DNA of 64,000 nt from Seison nebaliae (lineage: Eukaryota), in the NCBI GenBank assembly GCA_023231475.1, contig JALJEE010003011.1:13566-77565 (forward strand). The letters run 5' to 3'. Shown here in pieces: positions 20,374-31,400 of the stretch. Position 1 is the stretch's first letter, and each line of letters begins with the position of its first letter. Below the pieces are notes generated by a model that was not told the origin of the DNA, did no database searches, and worked only from the letters and a program-made list of their open reading frames with translations. The position numbers were made by a program, and so were the translations under genes.

Positions 20374-23300
20374 ATGAAGGAGAAGGAAAAGATGACTGTG
20401 GACGAGAGTACGTTCGCTGCCTTAGAAATGGACTTCCAAGAAGTACTGCAAGAATTGACGGGTGATCGGAGTTTAGAGAAATTTAAACTAGAGTATGAGA
20501 AATTGCACAAAGCCTTGACCAAATCTCACGAGAGCGAGAAACGTTTAATGCAAAAATGTCGAGAATTGAATGCGGAAATAGCGGCTAATAACGACAAGGT
20601 AAAACGAGCGTTAGCCCTCAGCAAAGAAGACCAAGATACGATCCAAACATTGAAATTGGTATAAATTTTGAGTGAAATAAATTTTTTTTGAATTTAATTT
20701 ATTTTATTTTGATAGGAAATTGAGAAAGCTTGGAAGACGGTGGATGCTGCACATGAGAAGGAGCAACGAGGAAAAGAAACGATTCAAAGTCTTAAATTGG
20801 AAATAAGCAATTTGAGTAAGTTGGTGGAACAAGGCGCCGGTCTCAATATGGGTCAAGAACACAGGTATTTTATTTGAAATAATATATTAATTCAATTTAT
20901 TATAAAGTGTGAACGAACTATTGAAAGTGAAGGATGAATTGATTTCAGAGCGAGATCAATTATATTTGGAAATGGAAAAATTGAGAGAAGATTTAGAACT
21001 GAATCGGGAGAAACAAGCGGAATTGGAGGCATATAAAACGGAAGCAGATTTGAAGATGCATGATGTTTAATTTTCAACTTATTTCCATTTATTTGAATTC
21101 ATTCATATTGAAAGTTACATAATGAAATTCAAACGCAGAGAATGGATGCGCAGAAAGAAGCGAGACGATTGGAACATCTCGAATTGAATTTGAAACAAAC
21201 GAAAGATTTGTTGGATCAAAAAGAATTAGAAATGAAGTCGATGGAACAACGAACGGATAAGTTTAAAAGCGAATATAACAAATTGGAAAAGACTATTCGT
21301 GATCAAAAAGTTTAGCAGAGTATTCTCATAAATCTAATAATTATTCGATGTGACATCATAGACAACATTGTCGAAACTACAAACGGAGAATGATAATTTG
21401 AATGGGAAATCAGCCAAACTTCAACATGACTATGAGAATCAGATCGTCCAAAATGATTTCCTCGCTAACGAGAATGCACAACGTGTTCAAGAATTGAAAG
21501 TTCTGTTTAAAATGAATTGGTTGAGAAGAGAAGTGACTAATTTGTTTCACATATCAGTTACGAGAGGATGAAATAAACGGTTTGAAAAACGATACTAATC
21601 GTGTGGCGAAACTGCGTGAAACGGTCCAACGTAAATTGAGACAAGTTGAAGATCAGCGAATTTCATTGGAACAAGAGAAAGATTTATTAAAAAATAAAAT
21701 AATTTCATATGAGAAAGGTTCGTAATTTGATGGTTTGATTAATGGAAATTTCATTTAACTAATAAAGATATCGAATTGTACAAGAAACAGGCGGATAATC
21801 AACAGAAGAAGATTGAAGAATTAACAAAGAATCGTGATGCTCTTAATAAGAATTTAGTGAAGACGGCGTTAGTCTCTCAACAACAAATGACGATGTTCAA
21901 GACACATGAAGCGAATAAGAAGAATCTCCAAATGGAGATTGGCAAAGCGAAACAAGAATCGCAGAAACAACGTGCCATCATTTTGACATTGGAGAAGGAA
22001 CGTGATCGTTATATCACTGAAACATCTGATATCACTCAGAAAGTGTTACAGTTGATGGAGGAAGTGAAGATTCGTGAAATGTTAATTTATGATTTGAAGA
22101 AGAAAGTTGCGGAAACTGAGACAAAGTTGCGTCAACAACAAAATTTATATGAGGCAGCGCGAACAGACAGGAATGTCTATTCGAAAAATTTAATAGAATC
22201 GAAAGATGAAATCGAAGAGAATGAGAGGAAGTTGAAGATGATGAATCATCAGATCGATCAATTGAAAGAAGAAATTCTAGGAAAGGAGAACGCTTTAGTG
22301 AAAGGTTTCTTTCTTTCTTTTTTAAATTCCTCTTCAAATCACTCCCATTCCTTCACAGAACATACTGATCATTTGAGAGTGGAGAAAGAGAAAGATAATT
22401 ATAAAGCTGATTTGCAAAGAATGAAACAACAAGCGGCTGAAACGAAAGCATTCATCAAAGCACAAGAAGCTGAAGCGAGAAAATTGCTGGACATTATTCA
22501 AAAAGCCGATTTAGAACGACAAAAACAAAGGAAATGTTTAGATCAAGTTCACTTTAGATAATTATATCCAAATCATCCATGATTCCATAAAAACAATACA
22601 TTCTCTTTATCAACTTATTTTAGGTGATAGCAGAACGAGATATTTTAGGTACACAATTAGTGAGAAGAAATGATGAAATGGGATTATTGTATGAGAAGAT
22701 CAAAATACAAAAATCGACATTAACTAAAGGTTAAATTGTGGATAGATATTGAAGGAGTTGAATGAAATGAATTTTAAGGTGAACTCCAATATGCGGAACG
22801 ATTGGAAGATATTCGTATTTTGAAATTAGAAATCAAACGATTGAAACGTGAGAAGATGATTCTGTCGAAGAAACTGAACAATTTGAATGAATTGAAGAAA
22901 GAGATCTTTATCATCGAAAAAGAGTTATTGCGAGAGAAAACGAAGACGAGAGCATTAGAAGAGGAATTGGAAAGTCCGATGAATGTTCATCGTTGGAGGA
23001 AATTGGAAGGTTCTCATTCTTATTTAAAAATTCGATTCGAAATTTCGTTGAAATTCTCTTTCTTCTCTTCAGGTAATGATCCGGCTGCGTATGAATTAAT
23101 CATCAAAATTCAAACACTTCAGAAACATCTGATTAAGAAAACGGAACAATTGATCGAAAAAGGATTACAGTTGGAGGAGAAAGAGAAGTTGTACATCGAA
23201 TTGAAAGAGATTTTAGCGAGACAACCGGGACCGGAAGTGACCGATCAATTATCATTAACTCAGAGTCAATTAAAACAACGAATGAAACAATTGAAAGTTT

Positions 23301-23756
23301 CTTTCCTATCTCAACCTTTCACAAAACATTTATCATTCTTTTTAATTCTTCAATTTTTAGTCTTTGACATCCGAATTGAACATGAGAGAAACTCAATTAG
23401 AACATAGTCAATTTGAAGTAGATAAATTAAATACGGAATTACATGAACTAAAACGAAAATATTTCAAAATGAAACAAGAGAAAGAGCGAAGAGAGTCGGA
23501 GGTGAATAAGATAAAGAAGGGACAAATTCAACAAAATCCACCACCACCCGTCGCCGACGACCACGACATACCTAAATTCATTGGAGGCGGTTTCAATTTG
23601 AGAGCGAATGGTCGTCAAACGAATCAGAGTAATAACAACGCTAAAATCAATCTTAACCATAATAATAACAACAGTAACGATATTGAGGATGAGGTGAATG
23701 GAACTTCAACACATAACAATGCAGTACAAATAGCATCGGTGCCACCAGTCGGATAA
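20374..23756 (+). CDS. CFAP58: CFAP58 (cilia- and flagella-associated protein 58 / CCDC147). Twelve exons: join(20374..20658,20716..20864,20908..21064,21139..21309,21362..21499,21558..21717,21768..22304,22359..22546,22624..22729,22779..23009,23073..23296,23361..23756), 913 aa.
   Basis: Every junction is GT...AG with consistent phase. Introns are 57, 43, 74, 52, 58, 50, 54, 77, 49, 63 and 64 nt. The assembled protein is colinear with human CFAP58 throughout. Examples: 'FAALEMDFQEVLQELTGDRSLEKFKLEYEKLHKAL...KRLMQKCRELNAEI' versus 'FEEMERDFQGVLHELSGDKSLEKFRIEYERLHAVM...KRLMAKCRELNAEI'. Also 'EIEKAWKTVDAAHEKEQ', 'ILTLEKERDRYITETSDITQKVLQLMEEVKIREMLIYDLKKKVAETETKLRQQQNLYEAARTDRNVYSKNL', 'NVHRWRKLEG|NDPAAYELIIKIQTLQKHLIKKTEQ' and 'LARQPGPEV'. 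The ORF-track pieces 20374.., 21368.., 21776.., 22802.. and 23364.. are exons of this single gene. Confidence 0.85.
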
Positions 23757-24241
23757 GTGAACGACATAGAATAAAGAAATATTTCCTTTTATGAACGAAA
23801 CGAAAATCGATCTATTTCCAAAAGAATATTTCCAAATTATTCTCATTATCATCATCGTGATGGTACCCAAAAGAATTTTATAATTTTCTTTAACTATTTC
23901 CCTTCTATATGTATTTTATAAATGAAACGATGAAATATAAATGAGAAATAACAGAAAGTTGAAAAATTCCTTTAAGGAAATATTTGTTAATTAATTCTTG
24001 TGATTCTGATGATATCTTGTAGCTTTGAACGAATTTGAAGGTCGATGATGAGTTAATGAATATTCTGTCGATATGTTCTCCATTTCATGAGTAATGGGAA
24101 ATATTAATTGTCTTCTTATTGTTCTTATTGTTGTTGGAAGAAAGATTTCCTTAAAAGATGTTCGACTATCCAAGTTAAACTTATGAAATAATTAGTTCAT
24201 TTAATCTGAAAGTGCAAAAGTCGACTAAAAACAAATTTTCC

Positions 24242-24916
24242 ATGACTAGCCATATGATCAATTTATGTTTCATTCTAATCATTCATCTCATAATTCCCTC
24301 ATCCAAACAACAACAACAACAAAGACAACTCTTCCATAAGAATGATCCAATGCAATTATTGTTGGAACGTTTTCAATTGGAGATTTTGAGGAATGTCATT
24401 AAACGATCGAATCATTCCGATCAATCGATAATTGAAATTAACGAGAATAATTTGGATTATTTTCTGGAAAAGTTTGAAAATTTCTATTTTTCCGATTTGC
24501 TACTCAATCATGACAAGTACTTGAACCACAACAATTTAGAAGTATTAAGAAATGTTGAAGAGAATAATCATTCGACAACGAAAACTTTCTATTGGGCACA
24601 TCGAACGAAAAAGACGAATAACGGAATGTTAAAGGAATTTCATCTTCCAACAATCAAATCAACAGCAGAAATTAATCTTCAATTTAAAAATTTGTCAGCC
24701 ATCCATCGAAATTCGATGAATTATCTTCAAATTATTATCTCTGACCAATCGAATATTATTCAACCATCATCTCTGATCTGGCATTTAATCAATAATCGAT
24801 TAATCATTCAAATCGAATTAAATTTTCAGAATGTTATTTTCGTACAAATTCCTTCCAATCTCAACTCTCAATTATCAGACATTCATCAAACTTTCATTCT
24901 TCTTCGTCATCATCAT

Positions 24917-24980
<64 letters not shown>

Positions 24981-25447
24981 TAGAGCAAAAACAAAATTAC
25001 CCACAGCAACAACAACAACAACAACAAAGGAGGAAAGATAGAAATTATAGAAAAATCGATGGAATTAATATCGTTCCCAAATTTTACAGACATCGATATA
25101 TGAAGAAACGAATTAATCTGAGATCAAAACGTGATATCTTCTCTCAACTTTGTCGAAAACGGAAATATTTAGTCTATTTTAAAACCATCAGAATGCCATG
25201 GATTCTCCAACCGAAATATATCAATTTGGGACATTGTGAAGGATTTTGTCCACAAGGTAAATATTTCGATTTAGTCTCTCAATTGATGGACATGGGACTA
25301 GAGGCTCCACCCTCCGATTATTTGTGTACGAATTGTCGTGTGAAGAATTATCGTGATGTGGAAATTCTATATCGACATCCCGAAACGAAACAATTGACAA
25401 GCGAATTATTTCATGACGCCCTCATTGACAGTTGTAAATGTTTCTGA
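24242..25447 (+). CDS. Divergent TGF-beta-superfamily ligand precursor: signal peptide, poly-Q-rich prodomain, RSKR furin site and C-terminal cystine-knot domain, 401 aa
   Basis: The ORF track starts at a GTG (24212); the first ATG is at 24242 and gives 'MTSHMINLCFILIIHLIIPSS', a plausible signal peptide. The prodomain has poly-Q runs, including (CAA)~20 at 24928-24987. A dibasic site 'RSKR|DIFSQL' follows. The mature domain is 'CRKRKYLVYFKTIRMPWILQPKYINLGHCEGFCP...YLCTNC...EILYRHPETKQLTSELFHDALIDSCKCF'. It fits the TGF-beta/BMP cystine-knot pattern 'C..(K/R)..L.V.F...W..WI.AP.GY.A..C.G.CP ... CC ... C.C'. It has seven Cys, but the canonical adjacent CC is replaced by C-x-x-C. Confidence 0.6.
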
Positions 25448-26201
25448 AATGTCGAATGGACATGTTCTCCGGAAGAATTGCAGATCGAACCATTTCCAGA
25501 ATGGAGGATGGTACTCGAATAAATCCGAATATTTTCCCCACATAAAATATAAATAATTAATTTAATTACAAATAAATTCGAATAAGATAAATGAAGAGAG
25601 GAAGATGGAAACCAGATTGAGTTTCTCATCGATAAAACTGAGAAAAAAATATAAAAATAAATAAGAAATTTTTTCTTTCAATTCAAAAATGAAATTTTTA
25701 AATAAAATTTTGATGATAACTGTCTGGTCGATTTAGGAGCGTCTAGTCATGACCTAATTAAATAATGATCTGGAATAGAAATATATACTTACATATGAAA
25801 TACATGTACTGTATGGAATGCATAAAATTGATGAGTGAAAATGAAAGGATCGATCTTCTGTGATTCGATGATGACGATCGATCTCCAAACGGATTCGCCG
25901 GTTTTCTTTTGGAGATTGCCGGGAAAGAAGAATGAACCGGGAAAAAATTTAAAGAAGTTTTTATAAGAGTTTCATAAATATTGAAAGAGAAAGAAAGATT
26001 TCTTGATTCGATTCATTCATTTCTGATAGTCTCTCACGAATCATTTTTCTTGAATAAATTTTTATTGGTACTCATTCTTTTTAAACTGACGACGATTTGT
26101 GGGTGCGTAATAGAATTAGATCGATTGTCAATATAAATTCGAATAATTTTCTTCTTCTATTATAAAATCGATTTTAATGGAACTCGAATCGAATCTTATG
26201 C

Positions 26202-26257
26202 AACTGATCAATTATCGATTAATTATTGATCGATTATCGATTAATAATTGATCAGTT
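26202..26257. repeat. Nested repeat element: 13-nt terminal inverted repeats (aactgatcaatta / taattgatcagtt) flanking a 19-nt imperfect tandem direct repeat (tgatcRattatcgattaat x2), rich in ATCGAT/TGATCA palindromic cores
   Basis: Read directly: 'aactgatcaattatcgattaattattgatcgattatcgattaataattgatcagtt'. It lies in the convergent intergenic space between the TGF-beta-like gene and the giant gene. Confidence 0.8.
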
Positions 26258-26400
26258 AAATTAAACCGAATAAAATGATATACATAGATTGATGAAAGAA
26301 TGAAAAATCAAATTAAATTCAATCTGGATGGAATTGTTCTTTCGCTTCAAAGACAATCCTACAAAAAGGAACCAATTCTTCTCTTCCACTTTTCCATATT

Positions 26401-26445
26401 CCACACACATTTACACATTTACACACACACACACACATACACATC
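26401..26445. repeat. Imperfect (CA)n microsatellite
   Basis: Direct reading: 'ccacacacatttacacatttacacacacacacacacatacacatcg'. It sits immediately downstream of the giant minus-strand gene. Confidence 0.85.
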
Positions 26446-26530
26446 GATTAACATCAAGAGTCAAACATTCTATTTTCAATAAATTAATTTCTTCGTCAAC
26501 TCTCTGGATGTGGAGGTGGAGAGAAGATCA

Positions 26531-28436
26531 TCAATTGGAAGAATCGATATTGGAAGAATAGAGGAAGAACTCAGATAGATGTTCGACGAATTGGTGTGGA
26601 AATCGGATGGAAAACAAATGTAAAATTTCCGAGGCATGTTTGGTGCACGTGTCTGGGAAAGCAATCATGGACATGAGAACACCTTTGATTGTGTGTTGAA
26701 ATAGTCGTTGACAACGTTCGTCACCTGATGCATTCGCCAATGTATACAGGTGGGTAAGAAGTGTGGATGAGTGGCGGGACAATTGTTCACCTCGATGAAT
26801 GGACAACTCGTCGAACGCAACACGATAAATAAAGAGACGCTCCTCAAAACTCATCGAACTTCTTAGACATTCCACGACGATTGGAACGAAAGCATATAAT
26901 GAATTGACGTAACGTAACACTTGTGGTACGTGACGGAAGCCGAAAGTGAGCATATGATGGAAATACGATTTCTCCAATAACATGTTGTGAAGGGAACGAC
27001 CAATGACACAACTCATTTCAACGGAAGGAGCAGTTGTCAAATAATTCTTCTGATTATCTTCGATCAATCCCATAAAATCGAGTAACTTCATCATAGCTGT
27101 CACGTTCTGTAAGGTGAGAAGATTCTGTTTCAATGAATCCATTTCTCCTTCACTTGTCACATTGTATCGGAGGAGATTGACTTGCATATCTTTATCAAAC
27201 ATGATCGGTTGATCAAGAGTTGATTTGATGGTACTTAAAATTTTGGTGATGGAACTCTGTTGTTCCATCATCTGATTTTTATATTCTTTCTGAATGAGTT
27301 CTCGTTTGGCTTTAGTGAATCGTTCGAATTTCTGTCTTTCCTGATTCTCTTTATCATCTTCATTCGGTTTCAATTGAATATTTTGTTCTTTCTTCTGCAA
27401 ATTATTCTCATTATTTATTCGATGATTATTCATTCTCAAATTGTTGGGAAAACGTTGATTGTTGAGGAGACGTTGATTATTCATTATTCTCTCATTTATC
27501 ATTTTCTGATTATTCATCGATCGTTGATTATTCATAATTGATTTCATTGGAATATTCTTTCCTCCATATCGATCATCTTCATCTAATCGATTATTTTCTT
27601 CTTCCTCCTCATTATCATTATCATCATCATCATCATCGTCATCAATTCGACCTTCCTCCTCACTCGAATTATTCACTGCTCCCTCCTCCTCTTCTTGTAT
27701 GGCACCTTCTTCTGGAATATCATTGTTGTTGTTATTGTTGAAATTGAGCATTCGATTAGGCATGATAATATTCGATTTGTGGAATCGGAAAATCATAGGT
27801 TGTTCTTGAAGATTTTTTGCTTTTTTTCTCAATCGTTTCCGTTTCTTCTTTATCGGTTTTACCGATTTCTCATCTTTCTTCAATCTCAATTGACATAATT
27901 GACGAGATAATTGATCGTTAATGTCATTCATAAATAAATAAGAAAATTTATTGAAATTATTTCCTAAAGAATTATTGAAAAATTTCTTATTTCCATCCAT
28001 ATTCATTTCGTCATTCAATGTCAAATTAAAATCATCCAATTCATTCTCGTTCATTGTCACGTCTTCAACTGATGAGGAGAAAATGACAGTTTTCTTTATT
28101 ATTTTATCATCATCACCAACTAATAATGGTTTCTTTCCGTTATTATTATAAACATTTTTCCCTTCATTCATCGCACTTCCATCACTTCTCTCCATTTCCG
28201 ATTCGTCAAATTCATATTTCAATGAAGAAGAATATCGTTTATCCTCCGTCGTATCCGTATCACTCTCATCGAAATCGGTACATGTCGAACAATTGTCACT
28301 GTGAGTGCTGGAAGAATAATCGGAATTGTCGAACATTTCCATTCCACCAACATTCATCATATTTTGTTGCATTTGATGCATTTGTTGCATCTGTTGTTGT
28401 TGTTGTTGTTGTTGCATTTGATGTTGTTGCATTTGA

Positions 28437-28472
<36 letters not shown>

Positions 28473-31400
28473 GGATGTAACATATTGTTTTGCATTTGAT
28501 GATGAATAAATGTTTGTTGCATTTGATGATGTGTTGGCATCATATTTTGACGATGTATCGGTAAAGTTTGTTGTTGAATAGGAATATGAGATTGCATTGG
28601 ATATACTCCTTTCCCATAAAACTTCCCACGATTATCTTTATCATTATTCGTATCATCAAACATACTATAATTGAACACATATTTCCCTTGTTGTTGTTTT
28701 TGTTGTTGTTTACGGAATTTATTCTCACGAAAATGATAAACCAGATCACTATCATCATTTCCTCTTTCCACTTTCTCTCCATCTTGATATTCTTGTTGGT
28801 CCATCAGAATGACATCCTTCTCGATCGCTAATTCGAAATCATCTCCATCCAGATCGAATTGCTTATAATTTCCTTTAGTACCAACGACATTTCGTGATTT
28901 CACTATTTCTTGTTCATTTCCATATTGTTGTTGATTTCCAATCGATTGATTTTGATTTTTTCGATTTCCCAATAATGAAAAGTATTCTTTTCGATTTCCA
29001 ATAATTCGTTTCATCATCTTATCATCTTTCAATCTCTTCTTTCCGTTATTCAAATGGATTTTGTGAGTGGAAAAAGCGAAAGCTGATTCAGGACTGAATG
29101 CGGACATAAATGACGCTGGAATTTGAGGATTAGTTGAGAGAGCTGCTTGAATTCTTAATTCTTCTCCATCCATCGAACCATTCGCTAATGCATCGAATGA
29201 AATTGATTGACTATGTCTATTCAATTTGTGTTGGATCTGTTTCATATCGACTAAATTCAATGAATTCGCCGCATTATATGGAAGAACTGGTGTCGTTTTA
29301 TTTTGACGAATTGGTTCGCCCAATTGTACATATCGATTTGCCATATTATGAATGAATCGATTATGATATACGGAATTCAAAATTAATTTCTCTGACACTT
29401 TATTCATGATGGTAAAACATTCCATAATAATTTTAAATAAATAAATATTATCAATCATATCTAATCGGAGGAAGTCGAGAATCTTCATCGGATTCATCGA
29501 TAATGAATCGAACGGACGAAATTCAGCAATCGACGAACAATCATGATCATTTAGACAAAGTAATCGATTCAATTCATATACAGTTCGTTCAACACATTCT
29601 TTCATGTCGATACGGAGGAACATGGCTTTCCAATCATTCAACAATTTCTTCCAAATTCGACGATTATTCAAAAATTTATTAGATTCGAAATTGAGATGAT
29701 TCTTCAATTCTAATTCTTTCACTTCAATTATTTTCTCCAAATTCTCCATCAATTCATCTTCGTTATCTATTTCTTCAATTTCACTCCAATATCGTTCACG
29801 TACAAATTGATCATATGATATTCGATTGTATATCATGGGTAATTCATTCATATCAATATTATTCATATCATCTTCGAATAAAATTAATCGATAATTATCA
29901 TCACTATTTACCACTTGTAAGAAGTTGCACAACTCCCAACTATCTCGACCAGTGACATTGAAGAATTCATATTTCTTCTTTTCATCCAACATTTGTCGAT
30001 CGATCACCATCGACGACCAACAACATTTCCTACAATTTCCATTATCACAAACTTTATCTTCTTTCTCTTCTTCATCTTCTTTCGATTCAATTTCTTCTTG
30101 TGATTTATCTTCATATTTATCTTCATTCATCTTTTCATCTTCATCAATTTCATCATCAATTTCATCATTCTCCAATTCAATATCATCATATAATTCTGAT
30201 AAATATTCATCAATTTCATCATACTCTTCCATTTCATCATCATCATCATTACCATCATCATCATTATTATCGTCTTCTTCATTCATATCCATATCAATAT
30301 TGTTATTGTTGTTGTTTCTATTACGAAAGACGAATGAATGAATATTCATCTTGTCATCTGTTTCACCATATTCATTTTCTTCATTCAACATAAATAAATC
30401 ATCATCATCAAAATTTTCGTCATCGTCATCGATATTTAAATGTCTGATATTTCGAAATCTCTTCCGTAAATCGAATGAGACGATTCCTTTAAATTCATTC
30501 ATACGTTCCGCCAATCTCTCCCATTGGTCATTCTCGGACGCTGTCGAACATTCTTCTCCTTCTTCATATTCTGGTTCCTCTTTCACTTTCGTTACTTCAT
30601 TAATTTGAATTTCTTCCTCTTCTTCCTCTTCGTCGTCATCCTCCAATTCTTCTTCAGATATAAATTCCTGAAAATTATTTGATGAATGTTCAAGAGAAAA
30701 CAAATAATTCTCTTCGTCTGATCTCTCATCCATCAAACTCATCGTACCAATTGGAGATGGCGATTTACTCAATTCTTTCTTCTTTTTCTTCTTCTTCTTT
30801 GGAGTACGCTCTACCATAATCTCACCTTCTTCTTCACCTTCAATGATTTCGTCTTCACTTTCTGATTGAATAATTTTCGTGTTCCATATCTGATATGGAA
30901 ATAATCTCTGATTTCTATTATAACTCTTTAATAATTTCCCTTTTTTTCTCCGATATTTTTTCAAGATCGGTCTCCGATAAATTACATCGATCTTCATATA
31001 ATCATTACCATCATTATTGTTATTATTATCACTGTTACTATCATCACAATTCAGTTTATAATTATCAGAATTAATTTCACATTCCATCAAATTAATCTCG
31101 TCACCATCTTCCTCCATTATTCCTTCTGATAATGATGTACCCAATGGAATATCACGAATAATTGGAGAATGATTCTTTTCATGATCATCCTCCTCTTCCA
31201 TTTCAATATCTTGAATGATCGTTTCATTTCCTGTAAATCCGTCAATAATTAACATTTTCCGATTCTCATAATAATTGTAGAGAATGGATCCATTCTCATA
31301 AAATTCGTCATTTCCATAATTCCATCGTTGATTCCTATTAGAGAAGGTCCATTCTTTGAAATGTTTGAACTTCTTTAAATTTTCTTCGAATTTCAATCGA

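Noticed and set aside
20374-23756. Treating ORFs 20374..20664, 21368..21571, 21776..22561, 22802..23407 and 23364..23756 as five separate genes
   Set aside because: They are consecutive exons, in three frames, of one CFAP58 gene joined by 43-77-nt GT-AG introns. Colinearity with human CFAP58 across every junction supports a single model.
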